Source: Burkholderiaceae bacterium (GTDB lineage Bacteria; Pseudomonadota; Gammaproteobacteria; Burkholderiales; Burkholderiaceae_F). Taken from it: a stretch of DNA of 40,295 nt. Below, piece by piece: positions 1 to 8,178 of this stretch (position 1 is its first letter; each line of letters starts with the position of its first letter). The notes beneath the pieces were generated by a model, which saw only the letters and a program-made list of their open reading frames with translations, was not told where the DNA came from and ran no database searches. The stretch spans positions 1 through 40,295 of the forward strand of contig JBFINI010000001.1 of NCBI GenBank assembly GCA_041611275.1. Direction: 5' to 3'. Both the position numbers and the translations under genes were made by a program.

Positions 1-1653
1 GACGGTGTCGGCAAGACCGCGATCGCTGAAGGACTGGCCTGGCGCGTGGTCAAGGAAGACGTGCCCGAAATCCTGGCCCAATCGAGCGTCTACTCGCTGG
101 ACATGGGGGCGCTGCTGGCCGGCACCAAGTATCGCGGCGATTTCGAGCAGCGGCTCAAAGCGGTGCTCAAGCAGCTGAAGGCGAACCCGAACGCGATTTT
201 GTTCATCGACGAGATCCACACGCTGATCGGCGCCGGCTCGGCCTCGGGCGGCACGCTCGACGCATCGAACCTGTTGAAGCCGGCGTTGGCCAGCGGCCAG
301 CTCAAATGCATCGGCGCGACGACCTACAACGAGTACCGCGGCATTTTCGAGAAAGACCATGCGCTGAGTCGCCGCTTCCAGAAGATCGACGTCAATGAAC
401 CGACGGTGCAGCAGACCATCGAGATCCTGAAGGGACTGAAGTCTCGCTTTGAGGAACACCATGGCGTGCGTTACTCGTCGAGCGCCATCCAGGCCGCCGC
501 CGAGCTGTCGGCGCGGTACATCAACGACCGGCACCTGCCCGACAAGGCGATCGACGTGATCGACGAGGCCGGCGCAGCGCAGCGCATCCTGCCGGTGTCC
601 AAGCGCAAGAAGACGATCGGGAAGACCGACGTCGAGGACATCATTGCCAAGATCGCGCGCATCCCGCCGCAGACGGTTTCTTCCGACGACCGCACGCAGC
701 TGAAAAGCCTCGAACGCAACCTCAAGAACGTGGTGTTCGGTCAGGATCCGGCCATCGAGGCACTGTCGGCGGCGATCAAGATGGCGCGTTCTGGCCTGGG
801 CAAGCCGGACAAGCCGATCGGGGCGTTCCTCTTCTCCGGGCCGACCGGCGTGGGCAAGACCGAGGTGGCCAAGCAGCTGGCCTTCACGATGGGGATCGAG
901 CTGACCCGCTTCGACATGTCCGAGTACATGGAGCGGCATGCGGTGAGCCGGCTGATCGGCGCGCCGCCGGGATATGTCGGCTTCGATCAGGGCGGGCTGC
1001 TGACCGAGGCGATCAGCAAGAAGCCGCACGCGGTGCTGCTGCTGGACGAGATCGAAAAGGCGCATCCGGACATCTTCAATATCCTGCTGCAGGTGATGGA
1101 CCACGGCACATTGACCGATAACAACGGCCGCAAAGCGGACTTCCGCAACGTGATCATCGTCATGACCACGAATGCCGGTGCGGAGACGCTGCAGCGGCGC
1201 TCGATCGGCTTTACCAATGCGCGCGAGGCCGGCGACGAGATGGCCGATATCAAGCGGATGTTCACGCCCGAGTTCCGCAACCGGCTGGACGCGATCATCA
1301 GCTTCCGTGCACTCGACGAAGAGGTGATCCTGCGCGTAGTCGACAAGTTCTTGATGGCGCTCGAAGACCAGTTGCACGAGAAGAAGGTCGACATCCGCTT
1401 CTCGGACGCCTTGCGCCAGCACCTGGCCAAGAAGGGTTTCGATCCGGTCATGGGCGCTCGGCCGATGGCGCGGCTGATCCAGGACACGATCCGCAAGGCG
1501 CTGGCCGACGAACTGCTGTTCGGGCGACTGCTGGGCGGCGGCAAGGTCAGTGTCGACGTCGACGACGTAGGCCAGATTGCACTCGATTTCCCGCCGGAGG
1601 ACAGCGGCGATGCGCCTCCCGCGCCTCAGGACGAGACCGTACTTTCCGAATAG
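1..1653 (+). CDS. clpA: ATP-dependent Clp protease ATP-binding subunit ClpA (5' end cut by window edge)
   Basis: Frame 1 is open from nt 1. The translation starts DGVGKTAIAEGLA, the tail of the D1 Walker A. It has D1 Walker B ILFIDEIH, D2 Walker A GPTGVGKTE, D2 Walker B LLLDEIEKAH and sensor-2 GARPMARLIQ. Stop TAG is at 1651-1653. There is no long ClpB-type middle coiled coil. Confidence 0.94.
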   Translation, partial: DGVGKTAIAEGLAWRVVKEDVPEILAQSSVYSLDMGALLAGTKYRGDFEQRLKAVLKQLKANPNAILFIDEIHTLIGAGSASGGTLDASNLLKPALASGQLKCIGATTYNEYRGIFEKDHALSRRFQKIDVNEPTVQQTIEILKGLKSRFEEHHGVRYSSSAIQAAAELSARYINDRHLPDKAIDVIDEAGAAQRILPVSKRKKTIGKTDVEDIIAKIARIPPQTVSSDDRTQLKSLERNLKNVVFGQDPAIEALSAAIKMARSGLGKPDKPIGAFLFSGPTGVGKTEVAKQLAFTMGIELTRFDMSEYMERHAVSRLIGAPPGYVGFDQGGLLTEAISKKPHAVLLLDEIEKAHPDIFNILLQVMDHGTLTDNNGRKADFRNVIIVMTTNAGAETLQRRSIGFTNAREAGDEMADIKRMFTPEFRNRLDAIISFRALDEEVILRVVDKFLMALEDQLHEKKVDIRFSDALRQHLAKKGFDPVMGARPMARLIQDTIRKALADELLFGRLLGGGKVSVDVDDVGQIALDFPPEDSGDAPPAPQDETVLSE

Positions 1654-1722
1654 CCCTCTCGGAAATTGGCGAGGCTGTCTGGCGGGCGCCAGTAGACATC
1701 GCCCGAAAATCTGATGAAACTT

Positions 1723-1760
1723 GGCCCGCAGTAGTGTTATTGCGGGCCTTTTCCTTTCTT
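1723..1760 (+). terminator. Rho-independent terminator after clpA
   Basis: An 8-bp GC-rich stem GGCCCGCA (1723-1730) pairs with TGCGGGCC (1741-1748) around a 10-nt loop. It is followed by TTTTCCTTTCTT. Confidence 0.6.
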
Positions 1761-1792
1761 GCCTGTTAGACAACGAAAAAAGGAGACATCGA

Positions 1793-2119
1793 GTGAGAAG
1801 CAGACTTCTCGTTGCAGCGACGACGGTCGGGCTCGCGGCATCGGCGTTCAGCCTGATGCCGGCGGTGGCCCAGACCAACGCCAACGCCGCTCGCTACATC
1901 GCGGCCAACTGTGCCAATTGCCACGGCACCAGCGGCGTGGCGCGCGGCGAAATGCCGAGCCTGGCCGGACAAAAGAAAGAGCAGATCGCCGAGCGCATGC
2001 GCGCATTCCGTGATGGCAAGCGTGCGGCGACCCTGATGCATCAGATCGCCAAGGGCTACACCGACGAGCAGATCGATGCCATCGCCGAACAGATTGCCCG
2101 CCAGTCGATGGGCCGATAA
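1793..2119 (+). CDS. fccA: Monohaem cytochrome c subunit of flavocytochrome c sulfide dehydrogenase (FccA/SoxE-like)
   Basis: GTG at 1793 is preceded by AGGAGA (1781-1786). The signal peptide reads MRSRLLVAATTVGLAASAFSLMPAVAQ. There is a single CxxCH motif (CANCHG) and a distal Met candidate (TLMHQI). The gene ends 14 nt before fccB. The track start at 1721 lies inside the clpA terminator stem. Confidence 0.8.
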   Translation: MRSRLLVAATTVGLAASAFSLMPAVAQTNANAARYIAANCANCHGTSGVARGEMPSLAGQKKEQIAERMRAFRDGKRAATLMHQIAKGYTDEQIDAIAEQIARQSMGR

Positions 2120-2133
2120 CAAGGAGACATGCG

Positions 2134-3420
2134 ATGACTTTCCAAAAGTTCTCCCGGCGCGATCTGTTGAAGCTGACCGCGGCCGGAGCGGCGATCGGCT
2201 CGCTGGGCGCCTGTGCCAGCATGGGCGGCGGCAAGGGTAAGGTGGTGGTGGTTGGCGGCGGCTGGGGCGGTTCGACCGCCGCCAAGTACATGCGTCTGTG
2301 GTCTGCCGGCGGCATCGATGTGACGCTGGTCGAACCCGGTCGCAGTTTCGTCTCTTGCCCGATTTCCAATCTGGTGATCGGCGGCAGCCGCACCATCGAC
2401 CAGCTGACAACGAGTTACGACGGCCTGCGCAAGCACGGCGTGAATGTCGTGCACGACACGGTCACGGGAATCGATGCGGGCAAGAAGCAGGTGCGGCTGG
2501 CTTCGGGCGGCGCACTGCCGTACGACCGGCTGGTTGTCTCGCCGGGCATCGAGTTCATGTATGAGCGTGCCAAGGGAATGACGGCAGCCGATGCCGAAAC
2601 GATTCCGCATGCCTGGAAGGCCGGCCCGCAAACGGTCCTGCTGCGCCGTCAGCTTGAGGCGATGCCCGACGGCGGCACGGTGGTGCTCAGCGTACCGTTG
2701 GCACCATACCGTTGCCCGCCGGGGCCGTACGAGCGCATCTGCCAGATCGCCCATTACCTGAAGACGCGCAAGCCGAAGAGCAAGCTGCTGGCCCTCGATG
2801 CCAACCCGCAAGTCACTTCCAAAGGACCGCTGTTCACGCGGGTCTGGAAGGAGGACTACGCCGGCATCGTCGATTACCAGGCCAACATGGCGATCAATGA
2901 GGTCGACGTCAAAGGCAGGACCTTCTTGTCTAACCTCGGCGACCGTATCAAAGGTGATGTGCTGAACTTCATCCCGCAGCAGCGCGCCGGCGACATTGCG
3001 CGCGACGCCGGGTTGATCACCGCCAACGATCGCTGGTGCGAGGTCAACTGGATGTCGCTCGAGTCGATCAAGGTGCCAAACGTGCACGTGCTGGGCGATG
3101 CGACGTTGTCGGCCCCGGGCATGCCGAAGTCCGGCCACATGGCCAACCAGCACGGCAAGGCCGTCGCGGCGGCGATCGTCGAATTGATGAGCGGGCGCGC
3201 GCCGTTGCCGCCAATGATGGCCAACACCTGCTACAGCTTCGTCGACGACACCAACGCGATCCATGTGGCCAGCGTGCATCACTGGGACGATGGCAAGAAG
3301 ACCATGGTCGCCGTGTCCGGTTCCGGCGGCGTTTCCGGCCAGGATCGTGCGCAGTGGAAAATCGAGGGCGGCTACGCCTGGGGCTGGGCACAGACGGTCT
3401 GGTCGGACATGCTGGCCTGA
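2134..3420 (+). CDS. fccB: Flavocytochrome c sulfide dehydrogenase flavoprotein subunit (FccB/SoxF)
   Basis: ATG at 2134 follows AAGGAGA (2121-2127). It has a twin-arginine signal (SRRDLLKLTAAGAAIG) and an FAD dinucleotide fold VVVVGGGWGGSTAAKY. Conserved blocks IPHAWKAG, PYRCPPGPYER, IPQQRAG and MPKSGHMANQHGK resemble Allochromatium FccB as I recall it. Confidence 0.9.
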   Translation: MTFQKFSRRDLLKLTAAGAAIGSLGACASMGGGKGKVVVVGGGWGGSTAAKYMRLWSAGGIDVTLVEPGRSFVSCPISNLVIGGSRTIDQLTTSYDGLRKHGVNVVHDTVTGIDAGKKQVRLASGGALPYDRLVVSPGIEFMYERAKGMTAADAETIPHAWKAGPQTVLLRRQLEAMPDGGTVVLSVPLAPYRCPPGPYERICQIAHYLKTRKPKSKLLALDANPQVTSKGPLFTRVWKEDYAGIVDYQANMAINEVDVKGRTFLSNLGDRIKGDVLNFIPQQRAGDIARDAGLITANDRWCEVNWMSLESIKVPNVHVLGDATLSAPGMPKSGHMANQHGKAVAAAIVELMSGRAPLPPMMANTCYSFVDDTNAIHVASVHHWDDGKKTMVAVSGSGGVSGQDRAQWKIEGGYAWGWAQTVWSDMLA

Positions 3421-3446
3421 GCACGAGAGGCTTTCTGCCATCCGAG

Positions 3447-3474
3447 CGGCGACGCGATGCGTCGCCGTTTTCTG
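3447..3474 (+). terminator. Rho-independent terminator after fccB (between convergent genes)
   Basis: A perfect 9-bp stem CGGCGACGC / GCGTCGCCG encloses a 3-nt loop (3447-3467) and is followed by TTTTCTG. Confidence 0.6.
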
Positions 3475-3481
3475 TCGAGAC

Positions 3482-4219
3482 TCAATGCGCCGCAAAGGCG
3501 GCGATCGCCTCGATCAGCGCCGCGTGGCGGCCGGCGTAGAAATGGTCGGCGCCCTTTATCGTCAGCTGGCGGCTGCCGGTAATCAATCCGGTCACGCGCC
3601 GGCGCTCAGCAGCAGTGTTCAGCACTGCCGGCAGGTCGGCATCACCGAGTACATCGAGCACCGGCAGCGGCCTGCGTTGCTCGAAGGGGCGGCTGAATTC
3701 GGTGCCGAGGCCGAGCGCGATCCAAGCGCGAAACACCGGTTGATCTGCGGTGTCGAAATAGGCGTTTGCCATTCGGCTGCCCATGCTGTGTGAGATAAGA
3801 ACGCTATCGCGATAGCCGCGGGCGGAGAGCCAGGCCGACGCTATGCCGATACGCTCGGCCGCGAGCGGGAACAGCCGCGCATACTCGTCGGGCCTGGCCT
3901 CAGCCGCCAGCACCGGCATCTGGATCGACAGCGTGCTGAAGCCCCGGTCGGCCAGTGCCATGCGCAACGTACCGATGAGGCCGTGATCCGGATGCACGCC
4001 GATGCCGTGCACGATGACCAGAGCCGTCTTCGCGCCGACACTGTGCGTGTACAGGCCGAGAAAGGCGCGACCATCGCTGCTGCGCAGATCCACCGCCTCG
4101 CCGACGACCAGGCCGGAAACAACTTCGGAGCGCCAGCGCGCCTCGCGCCCGAAGTCCTGCGCGTGCGAAGGCAGCCATAAGGCGCAGATGAGTGCGGCGG
4201 CAACGATCCGTGGTCTCAC
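3482..4219 (-). CDS. Secreted alpha/beta-fold hydrolase (family-level call only)
   Basis: GTG at 4219 overlaps the upstream stop as GTGA. The signal peptide is MRPRIVAAALICALWLPSHAQ. There is an HG motif VIVHGIGVH and a nucleophile elbow SHSMGS. Confidence 0.72.
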   Translation of the reverse strand: MRPRIVAAALICALWLPSHAQDFGREARWRSEVVSGLVVGEAVDLRSSDGRAFLGLYTHSVGAKTALVIVHGIGVHPDHGLIGTLRMALADRGFSTLSIQMPVLAAEARPDEYARLFPLAAERIGIASAWLSARGYRDSVLISHSMGSRMANAYFDTADQPVFRAWIALGLGTEFSRPFEQRRPLPVLDVLGDADLPAVLNTAAERRRVTGLITGSRQLTIKGADHFYAGRHAALIEAIAAFAAH

Positions 4220-4809
4220 TGGTGGTTGTCGGCGGGCGGCGGGGAACGAAAGGCAATCGTGCTGGCCTGGTGCGGAAAGCGACCACGTTTGTCAGCGTAG
4301 AAGTTACGCAGCAGTTGCAGGTCGGTGCCCAAGTCGCCGCTCATATGCACGTAGTCCCGCACGCCGATCGTCCTGCTGCCGTAATCAATGAAAGCCAAGC
4401 CTACCGGCACCTTCATGGTCAGTGCGAGATGGTAAAAGCCCGAGCGCAGATGGTCCTGGTGCTTGCGCGTACCCTCCGGCGACAGCGCCAACCAGAACCA
4501 GGGTTCGCTGCGCATCAGCTGGGCGAGCTGGTCGACCGCACCACTCGAGCGATGTCGGTCAACGGCGCGGCCACCCCACAGCCGCATCAGACGCCCGAGG
4601 GTGGCACCGGTCAGGCCGCGAAACAGCGATTCTTTGCCGACCCAGCGCAGCGGCAGACTGATCGCCCATTTGGCAAGCAGACCGATCACGAAGTCCCAGT
4701 TCGATGTATGCGGGTAGACGATGAGCACGCCGCGCGGGCCTGGCGGCGGGGCAAAATCGACTCGCCAGCCGAAAGCGCGCAACAAGGCGCGCGCGCCCCG
4801 CGCAAGCAT
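4216..4809 (-). CDS. Lysophospholipid/1-acyl-glycerol-3-phosphate acyltransferase family protein
   Basis: ATG at 4809 shares one nt with the dut stop (TGATG). It has an HX4D acyltransferase motif (HTSNWD) and an EGTR block (SPEGTRKH). The longer 250-aa track ORF would run antisense into dut. Confidence 0.8.
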   Translation of the reverse strand: MLARGARALLRAFGWRVDFAPPPGPRGVLIVYPHTSNWDFVIGLLAKWAISLPLRWVGKESLFRGLTGATLGRLMRLWGGRAVDRHRSSGAVDQLAQLMRSEPWFWLALSPEGTRKHQDHLRSGFYHLALTMKVPVGLAFIDYGSRTIGVRDYVHMSGDLGTDLQLLRNFYADKRGRFPHQASTIAFRSPPPADNHQ

Positions 4810-5255
4810 CAGGTCTTGCCGGTCGAGCCGAAGCCGCCGGCGCCGCGGTGGCTGTTCTTGAACTCCTCGACGATATTCAACTGCACCTGCACCACAGGCA
4901 CCACGACCATCTGTGCGATGCGCTCCAGTGGCTGCACTGTGAACGGTTCGCGGCCGCGATTCCAGCAAGACACCATCAGTTGTCCCTGGTAGTCGGAATC
5001 GATCAGCCCAACGAGGTTGCCGAGCACGACGCCGTGTTTATGGCCAAGGCCCGAACGGGGCAGGATCAGCGCCGCATAGCCCGCGTTTTCGAGATGAATG
5101 GCGATGCCGCTCGGAATCAGTTGCGCCTCGCCGGGGCGCAGGATCAGCGGCTCGTCGAGGCAGGCGCGCAGGTCCAGTCCGGCGCTGCCGGCCGTTGCGT
5201 ACTGCGGCAGGTTCTCGCGCAGCCGCGGATCGAGAACGCGTACTTCGAGTTTCAT
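4809..5255 (-). CDS. dut: dUTP diphosphatase
   Basis: The 148-aa product carries [25 protein letters not shown] and C-terminal [10 protein letters not shown] motifs. Confidence 0.95.
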   Translation of the reverse strand: MKLEVRVLDPRLRENLPQYATAGSAGLDLRACLDEPLILRPGEAQLIPSGIAIHLENAGYAALILPRSGLGHKHGVVLGNLVGLIDSDYQGQLMVSCWNRGREPFTVQPLERIAQMVVVPVVQVQLNIVEEFKNSHRGAGGFGSTGKT

Positions 5256-5692
5256 CCGCTTTTTTCGCGCGCGGGCTTCGCCATCTTCTGGCCGAAAGCG
5301 CGGTCGACCTCCTCTGTCAGCGGAGCTTTGATCGACATGGTAGCGGCGCCGCGTTTGAACTTGCGCAGGTTGTGCCAGAGCAGCACCGCGCCAACGATCA
5401 CCAGGAAAATCCCGCCCTCGGCCAGCAGCCCAAACACGATCAGTGCGACGCCGATGGCGATACCGATCAGCGCGCCGCGGCCTGCCGTTGCGCCGTTCGC
5501 TTCCTCGTCGCGCAGCGAACGCAGCACCCGCTTTGCTTCGGTTGCCGAGGCCGACTTGGCGTCAGTCTTCATGCCACCCGCTGACAATTCCGGCAGCTTG
5601 TGCGGTTGCATCGCGCGCGTCAGTTGTTCGCGTTCGATCTTTTCGACAAAGGCTACGAAATCCCCGTTCGGAGGTTCGCGGCAGTCGAGCAT
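5252..5692 (-). CDS. Hypothetical small membrane protein (two predicted TM helices)
   Basis: The ORF ends in an ATGA overlap with the dut start. A hydrophobic hairpin reads [34 protein letters not shown], flanked by charged segments. ATG 5692 lies 10 nt after the coaBC stop. An alternative start at 5734 would overlap coaBC. No family recognised. Confidence 0.55.
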   Translation of the reverse strand: MLDCREPPNGDFVAFVEKIEREQLTRAMQPHKLPELSAGGMKTDAKSASATEAKRVLRSLRDEEANGATAGRGALIGIAIGVALIVFGLLAEGGIFLVIVGAVLLWHNLRKFKRGAATMSIKAPLTEEVDRAFGQKMAKPAREKSG

Positions 5693-5702
5693 GGGAACTG
5701 CT

Positions 5703-6911
5703 TCAACCCAACCGCTGCGCAATAGCGGCGACAATCGCGCGCGCCTGCCCGAGCTTCGGCGCCCGCGTCAGGGTGCGCACGGCTGACTCGTCGATCAGAT
5801 GCACTTCGGCCTCGTCGCTGGCCAGTGCCTGCTGGGCCTGATTGGCGACGATCATTGCGATCCCCTTGGCCTGGCGCTTGGCCTGCGCGTTGGCAATGAC
5901 GTTTTCGCTCTCGGCGGCAAAGCCGACGCACAGCGGTGCGCCGGGCAGGGCGGCGACTGCGGCCAGGATGTCGGGATTCGGTTCGAACTGCAGTGCCGGC
6001 GGCACGGCCAAGGTCGTCTTCTTCAGCTTCTGCGCGCTGGCATTGGCGACGCGCCAGTCGGCTACCGCTGCGACTGCAATGAAGACATCGGCGCGGTTGG
6101 CGTAACCCATCACCGCGTCGTACATGTCGCGCGCGGTCTGCACGTCGATACGCCGCACGCCGCGCGGGGCGGCAAGACTGCTGGGCCCGGCGACCAGCGT
6201 GACCTTGGCGCCGGCTTCGCGGGCAGCGCGGGCCAGCGCGAAACCCATCTTGCCGGAGGACAGGTTGGTGATGCCGCGCACCGGGTCGATCGGTTCGAAG
6301 GTCGGGCCGGCGGTGATCAGTACGCGCCGGCCGGCCAGCAGCTTCGGCTGGAAGAAGGCGATGATGTCGTCGAGCAGTTCGTGCGGCTCGAGCATGCGGC
6401 CGGCACCGGTTTCGCCACAGGCTTGCGCGCCACTGGCGGGACCCAGGATCTCGATGCCGTCGGCGCGGATCGTCGCCACATTGCGCACCGTGGCGGGGTT
6501 GTTCCACATCTCGACGTTCATCGCCGGTGCGACCAACACCGGACACGGCGGCAACTCCCGGCGGGCCAGCACCAGTGTCGAGAGCAGATCATCGGCCAGC
6601 CCGTGTGCCAGCTTGGCGATCAAATTGGCGGTGCACGGCGCAATCACGATTGCATCGGCATCGCGCGACAGGTCGATGTGCGGCATGGCGTTGGCTACGC
6701 GCGTGCCTTCGGCGCCCCATTGGTCAGTGGCCACCGGCTGGCCACTGAGCGCCTGCATCGTCGTCGCCGACACGAACTCCTGCGCGGCGCGGGTCATCAC
6801 CACCCGCACGGATGCGCCTTCGTCCTGCAGGCGGCGGACCAGTTCGCAGACCTTGTAGGCGGCGATGCCACCGGTCATGCCGATGACGAGACGTTTGCCT
6901 TGCAGGTTCAT
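5703..6911 (-). CDS. coaBC: Bifunctional phosphopantothenoylcysteine decarboxylase / phosphopantothenate-cysteine ligase
   Basis: The 402-aa product has an N-terminal flavoprotein domain (VIGMTGGIAAYK, PAMN) and a C-terminal ligase domain (ITAGPTFEPIDPVRGITNLSSGKMG, AAVADW). Confidence 0.95.
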   Translation of the reverse strand: MNLQGKRLVIGMTGGIAAYKVCELVRRLQDEGASVRVVMTRAAQEFVSATTMQALSGQPVATDQWGAEGTRVANAMPHIDLSRDADAIVIAPCTANLIAKLAHGLADDLLSTLVLARRELPPCPVLVAPAMNVEMWNNPATVRNVATIRADGIEILGPASGAQACGETGAGRMLEPHELLDDIIAFFQPKLLAGRRVLITAGPTFEPIDPVRGITNLSSGKMGFALARAAREAGAKVTLVAGPSSLAAPRGVRRIDVQTARDMYDAVMGYANRADVFIAVAAVADWRVANASAQKLKKTTLAVPPALQFEPNPDILAAVAALPGAPLCVGFAAESENVIANAQAKRQAKGIAMIVANQAQQALASDEAEVHLIDESAVRTLTRAPKLGQARAIVAAIAQRLG

Positions 6912-7681
6912 CTGGTACCAGGCCGGCGGGCGGAGAAAACGAGGTCGTCGTCGGGATCGGACGACTCCGACTCAGTATATCCACGGCGCGTCGAAATGCC
7001 TTCGAAGCCCGCGCTCTCGAGCAGCGTGCGGAACTCGTCGGGCCGGTAGTGACGGACCCGATGCTCGCGAAAGAAGACCTCTTGTGGCTGCCCCGGCCGC
7101 TCGACCGTGTAGCGCAGAGACCAGCGCTGGATCCGTCCTTCGTCCTCGTAACCGGTGCGCTCGTGGACGACGACCCGTGCGCCGTACTCCGGCACGGGCA
7201 CGTTGCGGCGCTCGTGCCAGTCGGCGATCGGCTCATCGTCCGCGCCGGCCTCGCTGACGGGAAGCAACACCTCGCCGCCGGGTTCCAGCGCGCGCAGGAA
7301 GCAGGCAAGCGCAGCGCGGATCTCGCCGGGCTCGACCAGGATGCCGAACGAGGTCGCCGGGACGAACACCGTGCGGTAGCGGTCACGCAGGTCGAAGTCC
7401 TGCATCGGCGCCTCGTGCAGCCGCGGCGCGAGGTTCATCGCCCGTGCCTTGGCGCGCAGGCGGTCGAGCATGTCGCACGAGGCGTCCAGACCCTCGACGT
7501 CGTGACCGTCGCGCGCGAGCGGCAGCAGCAGCCGGCCGGTGCCGCAGGCCACTTCGAGGGCGCGGCCGCCGTTTGCTGCGAGCCGATGTTCGTAGAACGC
7601 TTGGTCCCAGTACGGCTCGGCGCCGAAGTAGTGGTCGTAGGCGGCGGCGACGAGGCCGGAGTAGTCCCAGATCGTCGTCAC
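6908..7681 (-). CDS. Class I SAM-dependent methyltransferase, substrate unknown
   Basis: GTG at 7681 overlaps the lspA stop (GTGA), and the stop overlaps the coaBC ATG (ATGA). Motif I is [10 protein letters not shown], followed by the acidic post-I VEGLDAS. The 485-aa track ORF is read-through into lspA/ileS antisense space. Confidence 0.8.
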   Translation of the reverse strand: MTTIWDYSGLVAAAYDHYFGAEPYWDQAFYEHRLAANGGRALEVACGTGRLLLPLARDGHDVEGLDASCDMLDRLRAKARAMNLAPRLHEAPMQDFDLRDRYRTVFVPATSFGILVEPGEIRAALACFLRALEPGGEVLLPVSEAGADDEPIADWHERRNVPVPEYGARVVVHERTGYEDEGRIQRWSLRYTVERPGQPQEVFFREHRVRHYRPDEFRTLLESAGFEGISTRRGYTESESSDPDDDLVFSARRPGTR

Positions 7682-8178
7682 TTTGACCGTCGCACCCGCA
7701 GCAGCTCGTCGAGGATCAGCAGGGCCGCGCCGCAGACGATCGCCGAATCTGCGACGTTGAACGCGGGCCAGTGCCATCCGCGCCAGTGAAAGTCGAGGAA
7801 ATCGATCACGTGGCCATGAGCCAGGCGATCGATCACATTGCCGACCGCGCCGCCGAGGATCAGCGCCAGGGCCATGGAAAAGAGCTTTTGCGTGCCGTGT
7901 CGCGCCAGCAAGTACAGAATGAACACGGAGGCGACGATGCCCACGGCCGTCAGAAACTGCTTTTGCCAGCCCGACGCGGAAGCGAGGAACGAAAACGCTG
8001 CCCCCTTGTTGTAGGTCAGCACGAGATTGAAGAAGCCGGTGACCGGGTGCACATCGCCAAAGTCGAACAGCCGCTCGATCGTCACCTTGGTGATCTGGTC
8101 GAGAAGGACGACCACGGTCGCCACGCCGAGCCAGGGCGCCAGCGTCTGGATCCACGACTTCCTGGCGCTCCAGGTCAT
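7678..8178 (-). CDS. lspA: Lipoprotein signal peptidase II
   Basis: ATG at 8178 shares one nt with the ileS stop. The 166-aa product has conserved blocks [26 protein letters not shown] and FNVADS. Confidence 0.92.
   Translation of the reverse strand: MTWSARKSWIQTLAPWLGVATVVVLLDQITKVTIERLFDFGDVHPVTGFFNLVLTYNKGAAFSFLASASGWQKQFLTAVGIVASVFILYLLARHGTQKLFSMALALILGGAVGNVIDRLAHGHVIDFLDFHWRGWHWPAFNVADSAIVCGAALLILDELLRVRRSK

Noticed and set aside
1721-1792. A longer N-terminus for the cytochrome c gene, from the track start at TTG 1721.
   Set aside because: The first codons lie inside the clpA terminator hairpin. GTG 1793 has a strong AGGAGA SD and yields a canonical signal peptide.
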